Positions 12,876-24,031 of a stretch of 64,000 bases of DNA are shown piece by piece. The stretch's first letter is position 1; each line of letters opens with the position of its first letter. Below the pieces are notes generated by a model. That model was not told the origin of the DNA, made no database searches, and saw only the letters and a list, made by a program, of their open reading frames with translations. The DNA lies in NCBI GenBank assembly GCA_964187785.1, contig OZ076409.1, positions 6,946,001 to 7,010,000 of the forward strand, read 5' to 3'. The translations under genes were made by a program, and so were the position numbers. Source of the stretch: Amphiscolops sp. MND2022. Taxonomy: Eukaryota.

Positions 12876-13789
12876 ATTGGAATATTTCCTTCAATTCCAC
12901 GACACTCATTTAATTCCATAAATATTCAGTATTTAGTCAGTAGATGTTCTCCAGCATTGAAAAAATATGAAGCATTTAATAGGTTAGTTGAATTATCTCG
13001 GATAAGCGATCAAATCAAAATCAATTCAATCGAATTTCCTACTATTCTTGTCCTCGTCCGATATTTTTCTGATTTGCCTCAAAGTTTTTGATTCTGCAGG
13101 AGAATTTTGATTGTCTAGGAGAATCCAAAAGAAATGTATTTTGGACGGTAATCATTTCAATTGGAATGGAATTTTATTGTTTGCAAAAATTTGAATACCA
13201 ATAATCATACATTTGAATTTTGAAAATGAATGTTATATAACAGTTGTTTTTGAATAGGAAATATACCCATAACTCTCGTAGATGTGGTAATTGGGTATGA
13301 AACTTACAAATTTTTTTTTCAAGTAAAACTGTCAAAAATTACAAATGACAAAGAGCCTCAATGAGGCTAGCCCAGACTTAGTTAATCGAACTTCCAGAAA
13401 TTTAGTCAACGGAATTTTTGAAAGAACATCAGTATTAACGTGATGAAATTCTGAGAAATTTTCCTTCGTGAGGTTTCTCGAAATTTTTCAAGCGGCCTCG
13501 AGATATTATTGACCTTAACGACAATTTCTAAATCACAGGACTGTACAAAGTGGGGGACTACTTTTTATGCCCTTACTAAAAAACATGGTAATTTCCATCA
13601 GTATGATAACAAACCATCATAGTGAGAGACATGTGAATGCTGATATGAAATAGCAATTGTCAATTATATAGGCCACGTGATCTAAAAAAGTTTTTTTAAA
13701 GACCTTTTTTAAAGAAAAAAATTCAAAGTTTGCAATAACTTCTTTCCGTATTCTGTCAATTTTACTTTGTGATCAAGCTGCATTGGAAC

Positions 13790-14128
13790 CACAGTTTTGA
13801 CACTTTTAGCTTCATCGACACAGTTCAGCGATTTAGCGAATCAGCGGTCTCGCAGACATTTTTCAGCGATTCAAATTACCATGGAAAATACACGCATGGA
13901 AAAATGAATTTCGAAAAATTCCAAATCTTACCCTTGTAAAACTCAGACAGTATGAGAAATTTTCTTGCAAACATTGAATGGTGTGCATTGAATGAAAGTT
14001 ACCATTGGAGTTTGAAACATAATTGAATTCAAACATTCAATAATTTGAAGTAAAAGTTTCTGCGGAATGGCGATTTTGAAATTAGCTTTTTAGCGACAAG
14101 TGAAAAAATGAGCGATGTCAAAACTTTG
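13790..14128 (+). mobile_element. hAT-type MITE, family B (diverged)
   Basis: Degenerate TIRs; TSD ATTGGAAC/ATTGAAAC. Confidence 0.75.
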
Positions 14129-15154
14129 ATTGAAACCGAAAGACCTTGATCAGCGGTTCAATCTCTGGCACTAGCTTAATCTAAACCAGAAACTCATAGG
14201 GGATTATTTGACAGACAATCGCATACCTTAATTTTGTTCGACACAGGCAATCCCTGAAACGCAGGCCGCTTTTAGGAACTATAAATTGCACCCATTGGAG
14301 GCTGTCTGCTAATCACACTGTGGGCCTTTGATACTTTTGATTGTCTGGTCATTGGAAGTTGATTATGCAACATTCAACAGTGCCTGGGCTCGAACTAAAT
14401 GTTGCCACGTGTGACCTGTCAAACATATTTGCCTAGGTGAGGTGAGATTGGGTCTTAGCGGCGGGAAAGGTCGGAAATATTTGTTTGTAATGTTCTTATC
14501 GTTCTATACATGCGAGATACATGTGTTTCAAATGTCACTTTGAGAAATAATAATTTACGAGCAAGCAACTATATTAAATTTGGCATCGAGATAAAGTTTT
14601 TATCAGTCAGCTTACGAGAATCGCCCGGCGGATGAGAAATCTGGTTCGAGAGCCAGGATGAAAGAACCAGACTTGAAGTACTATCGGAGCAAGCAACCGC
14701 TGCTATTTTCATTACCACGGAATTGTTTGTTCATTTGGAGAAGAGGAAACTACTGGCTGAATAAACTGCTGATAATTTCACAATATTTCTCCATTTAGTT
14801 CGCTTCGTTCTGTCGGAATAAGTGCGGCGCCGAAATGTGAAAACCGTTGAAATGTTTATATTGTCGTTTTGAGAGACACTTTGAAATGTTATTTTCACAG
14901 CAATTGCCTGTCAATGAAAATATTCGTGGGCAATATTCTGGAAAGTTTGTTAATTTTGAATTGGATTCATGTTAAACAGTTGGGCCATAATTTATATACT
15001 AGCATTTAGCTAACTTATTTTACCAGTAAACGTCGCAAAAGTAAGTAAAAGTTGTGCATTTTTGGAGTTTTTGGTTGCCTGTTGATTCGTTCTCCTAAGT
15101 AGCAGACTTAGGATTTATGGCCCTGTTGAGCTTAGTCGACACATCATGTGATAT

Positions 15155-15429
15155 AGGACCGACCATATTGCTCATGTTGTCCGAAAGTTGAATAAATTTT
15201 CCGACTGGATGTGCAAAATGAGACATTAGAATCCAAAAGATGTCTGTTTATGTTTCATCATTCAAATGCAAGGTCTATAATCGCATATGGTCTTCTGGTA
15301 CATGGAAGTGCCGCAACAACAAGCATCGAATTGATTGAAAAAGGTCAACTGCGAATAATTTGCGCTTTTTTTTTCAAAAATATAAGTACAAACTTCTCAC
15401 ACCATCTGAACTTTATATATCTGAATTGA
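15155..15429 (+). pseudogene. Decayed LINE ORF2 post-RT region
   Basis: HIAHVVRKLNKFS... KRCLFMFHHSNARSIIAYGLLVHGS...IEKGQLRII resembles the CR1/L2 pattern HI..KLSK, LY.S..S.L.YG..VWG, LQKRA.R.I. Confidence 0.6.
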
Positions 15430-15772
15430 TTTAAGTCTTTATGCAGCTTAGAGGGATCTCTCCGCTTAATATTCTCACACTTGCTAGTAATCCGCGCACT
15501 TATGAAACTCGCAGAACACAGCATGACCTATATCCATCACAATACTGGAAAACTGTAACAAAAATAAGTGGAAAATGCAATTAGAGTTTGCTATAACTGG
15601 TTGAAAAAGTTTGACCTCATACCCAGTGACATCAATTTAAGCTCGTCAAATGAAGTCCTACACGGAAAATATCTGCTTTAATTATGTTGCCTCTGAAATA
15701 AAAATCTTTCTATTCACGCTTAGAAACCACCTATTAGAATTGTCTCCGGAATTATCCTGCATGTTGCACTTG

Positions 15773-16580
15773 TTTTTTAATCGGCGCTTCATGAAGTGAA
15801 ACGCGACTATTATAGTGACTTTTTTTCTCTTTTTCAATCCACACGAACTGACCAAAATAGTTGTACAAAATAATATTGGACCAAATTGCACCATTTGGCC
15901 TAGCAAGCTGAACCCTGTTTTTCCTGTTTTCCCGCGTAACATACCATACGGGCGAGACCAAAGTGTCCCCCCTTCAATTTTTTTCGGCACTGCGAGACTT
16001 TTTTCGGAAAAAATTTTTCCCCGAAGGGTCCCCCCTTCAATTTTTTTTGCTGTTTTGCGACAGAATGGATGTTGGAAAATCCCGAAGGGTCCTCCCTTTC
16101 AGTTTTTTCGGCACTGTGAGATTTTTTTCCGAAAATAAAAATTTTTCCCCACTTCAATTTTTTGGTTTTGCGACAGAATGGTCCCCCCTTTCAGTTTTTC
16201 GGCATTGTCAGACTTTTTTTCCGGAAAAAATTTTTTCCCTAAGGGTCCCCCTTCAATTTTTTTGCTGTTTTGCCACAGAATGGATGTTGGAAAATCTCAA
16301 AGGGTTCCCCCTTTCACTTTTTTTCGGCACTGAGATTTTTTTCCGAAAATTTGTTTTTTCGCCAAAGGGTCCCCCCTTCAACTGCGACAAAAATGTTGAC
16401 ATATTCAGAAGTGTCCCCCCCTTTTAGCGCGCCAGGAGCTCGCGTTAGCGGGTCCCGGCGCGCCACTCAGTCGTTTTTTTGGTTTTTCGATTTTCGAGTA
16501 CTGTAAATTGACACTTGGAAGTCCTTGTGCTATTTTTGAGCCTTGGATATGGCGCCGACTTGGGCCGGTCCCGGCTTGTT
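15773..16580 (+). mobile_element. Helentron-like family A copy with tandem internal modules
   Basis: TTTTTTAATCGGCGC ... GCGCCGACTTGG-GCCG-GTCC-CGGC-TTGTT; repeated TTTTCGGCAYTGYGAGA and AAGGGTCCCCCCTT modules. Confidence 0.85.
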
Positions 16581-17659
16581 TTCATACATAGTCACAAACA
16601 GTAGCCCTCATTGAAATAGAAAGACTCGCTAATTGTTTTTACGCTGGGCAGGGGCTCGAAAAGTGAAAAGGCTCATCCCTTGTCCAAATTGTGTATATAG
16701 TCATGAAATAAGCGCAAGGTTTTTTTATACAACATTCAATTAAATAAACTTTTCCTTCTGTCTGGAAGTTGAAGTTTTGAGCATTAACTGATTTTTCTTG
16801 TAAATGTCAGGTCGGTTTTTAATATTTTGCTAAACTGCTAAACCTTTGCCCTTGTGGAGCAATGCGATTTCTTCCTTCAATAGATAAATATAAATGGTTC
16901 TTTGAGCCTTGAGCAGGCGCCGACTCGGGGGGCCAGTCCCCTTTTGCCGTTTCAATTTTAAAATCATTATCGAAATCACCGCGTTTGGGGGCAGATTAAT
17001 TTTTAAATAAATCAGCTGAAATCCACGGCGCAAATGTTTATTACTAAAGATGAATTTCTAGCCCATAGCACATTATCATCCATGCGAATTGCTTCCCCTG
17101 TCTTTCATAATGGTAACTCGAGTCCAAACAACGTGGCGCCATGTCATTCCGTAGTGGACCTGGATGTTTTGCGGTCTCAGCTTAAGGCCTAATCACTCGG
17201 TGTGTTGTAAAAGTGCCGCCGATTTTGATGAATTTATGAATGAATTGCAGCATTCACTGTCCGTCTTTCCTCCTCGTTTAATTTCCCCCGCTCGCCGTGA
17301 TTGCTGCACTGGTTGAGGGGTTGAGGAGTTGGGTTTGGCTGACTCCCGTTGCAATGTCTGGACTTTGTGCGAGTCCATTATCACGGCTTTTCCACCAGAA
17401 AATGACCTTGATTGCAAGGTTGTTAAGGTGTGTTTTATTCATGAATGTTTTATTCAAACAATTTTGAAAAAACACTATTTTTCCTGTTTTTTCCAGACAC
17501 TTCTTCATAGTTGTTTCTGAGTGTTCAATTTGTTTGCTACTTTTCACCTTTTTGAGATCAGCAGAATATCCCGTGTGAAAGATGATATCTGGAAAAATTC
17601 AATGAAGTGAATGACTTTCATGCTTTATATTCCTTTGTTAAATTGTTGTACATTGAAAT

Positions 17660-18011
17660 CAGGGTTTTGACATCGCTAATTTCTCCCGCTAAACCGCTAA
17701 TTTGAAAATCGCTATTTCGCTGAAAAGCATTTTCTGCAAACTATTAAATGTTTAGCTTCAACTATGTTTCAAATTAACTTATTCGGTTTTTGGAAGAAAA
17801 AAGACTAGAATTTTTTATACTGTGCGTGTTTTACAAGGGTAAGAGTTGGAATTTTTCCGAAATTCATTTTGAAACACCGTCTATACGCAGAAGAAATTTT
17901 GAATTTGGAGGGTCTGTTAGTTACCGCTAATTTGAATCGCTAATGAAATCGCTGAAAAGTTCCTGCGCGGCCGCTAATTCGCTAAATCGCTGATTAGCGG
18001 TGTCAAAACTG
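17660..18011 (-). mobile_element. hAT-type MITE, family B
   Basis: CAGGGTTTTGACATCGCTA...TAGCGGTGTCAAAACTG; exact TSD ATTGAAAT. Confidence 0.9.
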
Positions 18012-18185
18012 ATTGAAATATTTGGCAACAAATGAAAAACAGTTGTGCACAACACATTGTTTTCCACGGTAGTTTTCCGAAGAGAAAAAAACAATATAAT
18101 GCAAAAAACAGTATATTTCGTTCAAAAACCTGTTTAAAACATTTTTCGTGGAAAACTGTATAATCAACGACCTTGTTTGATTGGT

Positions 18186-18572
18186 AACAAGCCAGGAACG
18201 GCATAAGTCGGCGCCATATCTAAGGCTCAAAAATAGCTAGAGGACTTCAAAGTACTCTCTTCTACAGTACCCGAAAAGCCCAAAAGTTGGACGGAATTGG
18301 CGCGCCAGGGAGGACGCTTTGAGATTTTTCATCCATTCTGTCGCAAACCATCGACATTTTTTCGGATTTTGTTACATTGCCCGGTATTGTATGTTACGCG
18401 GAAAAAAGGAAAAACCATTCTACTTCAGTTCCATGGGGCAACAGGTACATTTTGGCGACACCTCAAATTTTTGTAGAACAATTTTTGGTCACTTCAGGTG
18501 TATCGAAAAAAACACTGACGAAAAGCCATGACTATAGTCGACTCTTTTCTTAAGAAAAATGCCAACTAAAAA
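18186..18572 (-). mobile_element. Helentron-like family A copy
   Basis: AACAAGCCAGGAACGGCATAAGTCGGCGC ... GCCAACTAAAAA (reverse orientation). Confidence 0.8.
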
Positions 18573-18891
18573 TAGAAAAATGTCATTCAAGCATGAGACG
18601 AGCTTTTCCCAACCTCGCGATTCTTGCTGTTAATTGGAAAATATTTCCCAATCTTTTCCGTCCCTGGCCATTAAATAATTTTAATCATAGAACTGCTCAA
18701 ATTTTAATACCGTTTCTCATCTTATAAATTATGACTTACATCAGTGTCCTATTTTTATAAAATCTAGTTCTTTTCAAGTGCTGCCGTGCAGGAAAAAAGT
18801 TTTCGTCGTTTCATTAATAATTTGCTTTCTTTGCGGATCATTTTCCATAATTTATATTAGTTTCCATGTTCATTTTTGGAGGCTTTCAAAC

Positions 18892-19193
18892 CAGGGTTTT
18901 GACATCGCTAATTTTTTTCGCTAATCACTAAACCGCTAATTTTAAAATCGCTATTTCGCTGAAATTTTTCTACAAACTATTAAATGTTTGACTTCAAGTA
19001 TGTTTTAAAAAGACTTAATTCATTTTTTTTGCAGGAAAAAACAAGAATTTTTCATATTGTGTGCGTTTTACAAGGGTAAGAGTTGGAATTTTTCCGAAAT
19101 TCATTTTGAAACTCCGTGTATACTCTGAAGAAATTTTGAATTGGGACAACATATTACTTGCCGCTAAAGAGTTGATTAGCGGTGTCAAAACTG
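18892..19193 (-). mobile_element. hAT-type MITE, family B
   Basis: Same TIRs; exact TSD TTTCAAAC. Confidence 0.9.
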
Positions 19194-19901
19194 TTTCAAA
19201 CGTAATTTCTCAGTTATAATTCTGAAGTGATAGACTCCGCTTTGCGTTTTTCATCAGGAATTTACGGCTGCGGCGTGATATGATGAATGGAATTTTTTAT
19301 ATGAACGTTCTAACTTTCTAGGCCAACGGAAACGTAATTAGGACTTGATGATTGAAAGTTCCTCAAATTTTGTCGTTTCTGTCGTACTTTGCGTTCGATA
19401 ATTCATCAAGACAATCAATGGCAGTATTTTAGCGGCGCCGAAAGTTCAATATTGGGTTTTAAAAATGCGCAATTCTAATGAAATATCATATGTTATAACT
19501 TCAAAACCTATAGCTTATAATGAATTTAACCAGGGTTCGGATTAATAGGCTTTTCAAAATTCAGTTTATTCCGCATACGTATTCCCTTAAAAACGTTCAT
19601 ATATGCTTAGAAAACACTTTAGACGGCGTTTATCCATTTGTTGACCTAAATGAACAGTATACTTTGAAGTATCAGACGTAATGATTGATTCTCAGGGGGT
19701 TTACCTAACACCAAGTCCGGTCTGGTATCCGGCCGGATTTCAGAGAAATGTCCGGTCCAGTATTCGGTCGGATTTTTGACATATTCGGTCGGATAATGTC
19801 ATGGCGAATGATCTAATGTGAGAAGTTTGTGTGACACTGCCAAAATTTAACTTTTTGACTGATAATCCAATTTTCAGAAATTATTATATTCGGATAAGTA
19901 G

Positions 19902-21230
19902 TTTTAGTTGGCGCTTTTCCTAAAAGAAAAGTAGTGCCCGACTATTACAGTGGTTAGTTTCTTTAGTCGGCGCTTTTTTAGTGAAAAGTGCCCGGCTATT
20001 AAAATGGCCAGTTTTTTTTTCGTCAGACCAAAGACCTCACTCTGTATGTACCACTTTTTACAGACTTTAATCGGTTTAGAGGAACCCAGTGGTTGCGGTT
20101 TTGAGTCCCTGCTTCAGCCAGAAACTTTTTCGTGCGTTTGCAAAACCGGACGAGACTGAAGGATCCCCCTTTCAGTTTTTTTCCGGCATTGTGAGACTTT
20201 GTAAAATTTTCAATGTCTGTAAAGGGTCCCTCTTTTAGCGCGCCAGTTCGGTCCAACTTTTGGGTTTTTTGGGTACTGTAGAAGAGAATGCTTGACACTC
20301 AGAAGTCCTTGTGCTATTTTTGAGCCTTAGATATGGCGCCGACTTGGGCCGTTCCCGGCTTGTTTATCTTTTTTAAGACCAACGAAGTGACAGATTTTAT
20401 AATGTGGCTTCCACTAACTGCCACATTAATGCAACTTCTGTTTCTGGTTTTTTAAGGATTTTTTGAGGCCTGCCAAGCAGAAGGATGTGGGTTCGAGAAG
20501 GAAGGGGAGCATGGCGTAGTGGTTAGAGCATTCGGCCTGTACTCGGGCGGTATCAGGTTCGAATCTCTCTCAACTCACCATTGTTGGTCCTTAAGCAAGT
20601 CCTTCATCCCTAGCTTAGTGGTATGGTCAATGACAAAAAATAACGCATTTGGCGGAGAAAAGCAAAACAAAAAGAGCAAAGATGAGCAGTCAGACCTTTG
20701 TGACCTTGAGCAAGTTACTTTGAAACCACAGCTTCAAGTCCACCATTACTTGACCACTTGGTTGTAAATATGGTACCATAGCTTGCTATGGGGAGATAGT
20801 ATCCGAAAGGGCGCCGACTTAGAAAAGCAGAACTGCTTATTCGGCGTCCACCCCGCGGTAATGGGGAAATTAACTTCTCTCTCGAGTCTCGCCCTTGACC
20901 AAAATTTTATTTCAGTGTTCTATTTTATTTCGGCTTTGTGAGACTTTTTTTGCATTTTTGGTCTCCAAAGGGTCCCCTTTCAATTTTTTCCATTTTGCAA
21001 AAAATGTATGTTCAAAAACTCTCAAAGAGCCTTTTTTACATTTTTGCGACTTACTTACACTATGCGACTTACCGGAGACTTCAAAAAAAATTTCGAATAA
21101 AAATTTCGGGAAGTGTTTCATTTTTTTCTCATGCGGGTACTGTAGAAGAGAATGAATGACACTTAGAAGTCCTTGTGCTATTTTTGAGCCTTAGATATGG
21201 CGCCGACTTATGCCGTTCCCGGCTTGTTTT
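19902..21230 (+). mobile_element. Family A copy hosting a second family A copy (19961-20365) and a SINE
   Basis: Two 5' ends (19902, 19961) and two 3' hairpin ends (20365, 21230); the body after 20365 matches the uninterrupted 5' body at 32245-32470. Confidence 0.8.
20498..20881 (+). mobile_element. tRNA-head SINE with CORE-like motif
   Basis: A box TGGCGTAGTGG, B box GGTTCGAATC; body TGTGACCTTGAGCAAGTTACTT; flanking TCGAG direct repeat; second copy at 58563-58942. Confidence 0.85.
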
Positions 21231-21899
21231 GCTCGTTATCGAAAGTAACCTCTGTCTCACCCAATGCATTGAACTGCTTCTGAAACACTATTATGTTTTG
21301 GTGTGTGCCATAATTGAAACTGTTGATTTTTTCTTAGTTTTCAAATTATTAGGAAGCTGAGTGTAATAAATAAGTGCGGAATGTGTTTAGGTTTACTTGT
21401 AAGTATCGAAGCGGATTGTACTTTGTGAAAGAGATAATTTTCTGTTCTCTGGCAAAATTTTCGTGCTAAAACATGCAATTATGCTCATCTTAATTTTGCT
21501 CATATATTTTTCACATAAGGGTGTGTAGAAGCTATTTAAATTTTCAAAATCTTTCAAAACTATCTGTAGATTCCCTCAATTCAGTAGTGAAATATGAGAA
21601 GTATATGAAAAATAGGTAAATATCAAACCGACTATCTCAAAGATGTCAAAAACATCTTTTGGAAACTGGCAAATTAAAAGTTTCTGATGTTTTTTATAGC
21701 TCACATTTTTGTCAAATTTTTGCGACAATTTCACCTCAAACTAGGTTTGACTAGCTTTGAGACTACTTTTTCTAAGGTTTTTTTGCGAACTTTTCCATAT
21801 TTTTGGAGAAGAGTTTAATTATCAGTTCTATCTATGAGCAAGGCTTATAAACTGTAACAGAAACGAAAGAAAAAAAAGATACATCATTCTTTCAAAGCT

Positions 21900-22200
21900 T
21901 TGCGCCAAGTTTTTATAATTTTCCTTGTTTGTTGTTTCGCAGCTTGTTGCAAAACTTAAAAAGTTTTTGCGAATTTTTCCATTCAATCGACTTCCTGGGT
22001 CTACCAAAGCCCCTGGTTTGTTTCGATATAAATAGGAGTATTGACTTCGCCTTTGATAATATCACTACTTCGGCTTTCGAGTATTTCAGTGCAATGTTTT
22101 GGTCGGATCTATTTTATCAATCAAGGGTACTGTTTTTCGCACTGCTGCTGTATTTTAGTTGGTAAGAAGCAAGTTTTTTGTAAGATAACAATTTCTAGAA
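21900..22200 (+). pseudogene. Possible decayed LINE endonuclease C-terminal region
   Basis: LVCFDINRSIDFAFDNITTSAFEY loosely resembles the GDFNID motif context; weak. Confidence 0.3.
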
Positions 22201-22977
22201 GCTTTGTTCAAATTGGTTTCGATTTTTGCAGTCGATATTATTCATAGAAAGGTGGAATCTATATTGAAGACAACTTGAAACGAAATTTGAAGACGTTTTT
22301 CATTCGATGCCAACTGCTTCAAATAATACTTCTATTGACGGCAATGACAGCTTCGTTAATTCCCAGTTTCATTTGTCTCTTTGGGATTGGGAAATCAAAA
22401 AGTACCGGTCAGTTGTAAGTACCTTTGATCTCTCGCTATTTGAACTACAAAATACTTTCGGGTTTGAGAGTGTATACTGTAGACTAATAAATTGACAGCT
22501 GAAGGTTCAGCTTTTCGGCAATGCTGGGAAAGGCTATTCAAGGAACAAGTATCAACATCGCTCAGTGGGAACTTTGATGTTCATTCTGTTGACACTTCCT
22601 CGTGGATTAGTTGGCGCCAAGTGTCTCTTCTGTTAATCTCCCGCTCTTCAATCCCCCTTGACATTGTCTCAAATCATTAATAACAATCCAGGAACGGCCC
22701 TAGTCGGCGCCCCGCTCAAGGTTCAAAAAGAGCAAAGTGTTTGAAATATTTAAAGGACAACTATCGAGAAACTTTTTGGATATCATACAGTGCCAGAAAG
22801 AGACTCTAAAACATCCGAAAAACTCTCGAAAAAAAACATTCGAAAAAAACTTTCAAAAAAGCCGCATTGGCCCGCAAACCCCAATAGGAGACTAGGCTCG
22901 CCGCTAAACGCTTTTTCCGGACCGAAAAGTGAATGGGGTACACTTTGAGCAAATTTTAAAATTCGCACAGCGCTGTG

Positions 22978-23395
22978 CAGGGTTCGGAAAAAAACAAGAT
23001 TCTGTAAAAATGTTTTAAACGTTTTAAACATAAAAATCGCTTGTCAAAAACATGTCGAAAACTCGAAATCTCAATTTGAATTCATAAACACAAAAATCTA
23101 AAACATCTAAAATCTTAAAACTCTAAACTGAAAATCACTGCAAAAGTATGCGACAAAATGCTAATTTGTTGGCTTTTTCTACTGAGAGGCGGTTGCGTGT
23201 TTCATCAAGGGACAACGTTTGCATTTGGCTATTTTAACATTTTCTGATCGTTCAAATTCGAACCAAATTGCACCTCGTTTTCTTCCAGTTATAACAATTG
23301 GAGATGCCATTCATATGTGGAAAAGACAAAGGTTAAATTTCAGCTATGTTTAAAACGTGTTTAAAACAACCTCTGTTTTAAACATGCGAACCCTG
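22978..23395 (-). mobile_element. hAT deletion derivative, family C (BED-finger start joined to transposase end)
   Basis: TIR CAGGGTTCG...CGAACCCTG; exact TSD GCGCTGTG; minus strand MASPIVITGRKRGAIWFEF...AKCKRC (ATG at 23310), then DETRNRLSVEKANKLAFC in another frame. Confidence 0.85.
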
Positions 23396-23408
23396 GCGCT
23401 GTGAAAGG

Positions 23409-24031
23409 GGAGCGGGACAAAACAGCCGATTTTAAACGGGACAAAACAGCCGATTTTAAAACAGTACAAAATCGCCGATTGGTAAGTGAAAATCGCCGAT
23501 TTTGTCAATGCGTGAGATTAGCAGTCAAGAAAATTATTATTATAACGTAGTCAGCTATGTTCACATACCCCTAGTGCCCTAAATGGAGGAGCGAAGCGGA
23601 GCGACGTGCCATATGGCCATGCCTCAATGTTGCTACTTGGCGAAGAGAGCGAAGCGACCGAGCCATACAACAAATATGAACCTCTTCAAATAAATCAAGT
23701 TCCATGCATATTGGCTGTAACAGCACTCATTTTGTTCCGTTTTGAAAATCGGCTGTTTTGTTGCGTTTTGAAAATCAGCTCTTTTGTCTCGTTTTGAAAA
23801 TCGGCTGTTTTGTTCCGTTTTGAAAATCAGCTCTTTTGTCTCGTTTTAAAAATCGGCTGTTTTGTCCCGTTTTGAAAATCGGCTGTTTTGTCCAGTTTTG
23901 AAAATCGGCTGTTTTGTCCAGTTTTGAAAATCGGCGGTTTTGTCCCGTTTTGAAAATCGACTGTTTTGTCTCGTTTTGAAAATCGGCTGTTTTGTCTCGT
24001 TTTGAAAATCGGCTGTTTCATCCCGCATTCC
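23409..24031. mobile_element. Foldback/Mutator-like element with arms built from 25-26-bp subrepeats
   Basis: Left CGGGACAAAACAGCCGATTTT units, right inverted units; candidate 9-bp TSD TGTGAAAGG/CGTAAAAGG. Confidence 0.6.
23730..24025. repeat. 26-bp minisatellite, about 11 units
   Basis: Consensus GAAAATCGGCTGTTTTGTCYCGTTTT. Confidence 0.95.

Noticed and set aside
17193..17547. Host gene exon(s) on the minus strand
   Set aside because: Short low-complexity ORFs with no recognisable domain or supportable splice structure; similar unique stretches at 24270-24480 and 25590-25870 contain stops in all frames checked.
19692..19800. TCCGG/TTCGG-rich subterminal-type repeats of another hAT-like element
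   Set aside because: No matching opposite end or TSD found.
20810..20820. GGCGCCGACTT in the SINE tail as a family A terminus
   Set aside because: Not followed by the family A hairpin and TTGTT; it pairs locally within the SINE tail and is altered in the second copy.
23730..24025. CRISPR-like array
   Set aside because: Contiguous 26-bp units with no unique spacers and no cas genes; eukaryotic context.
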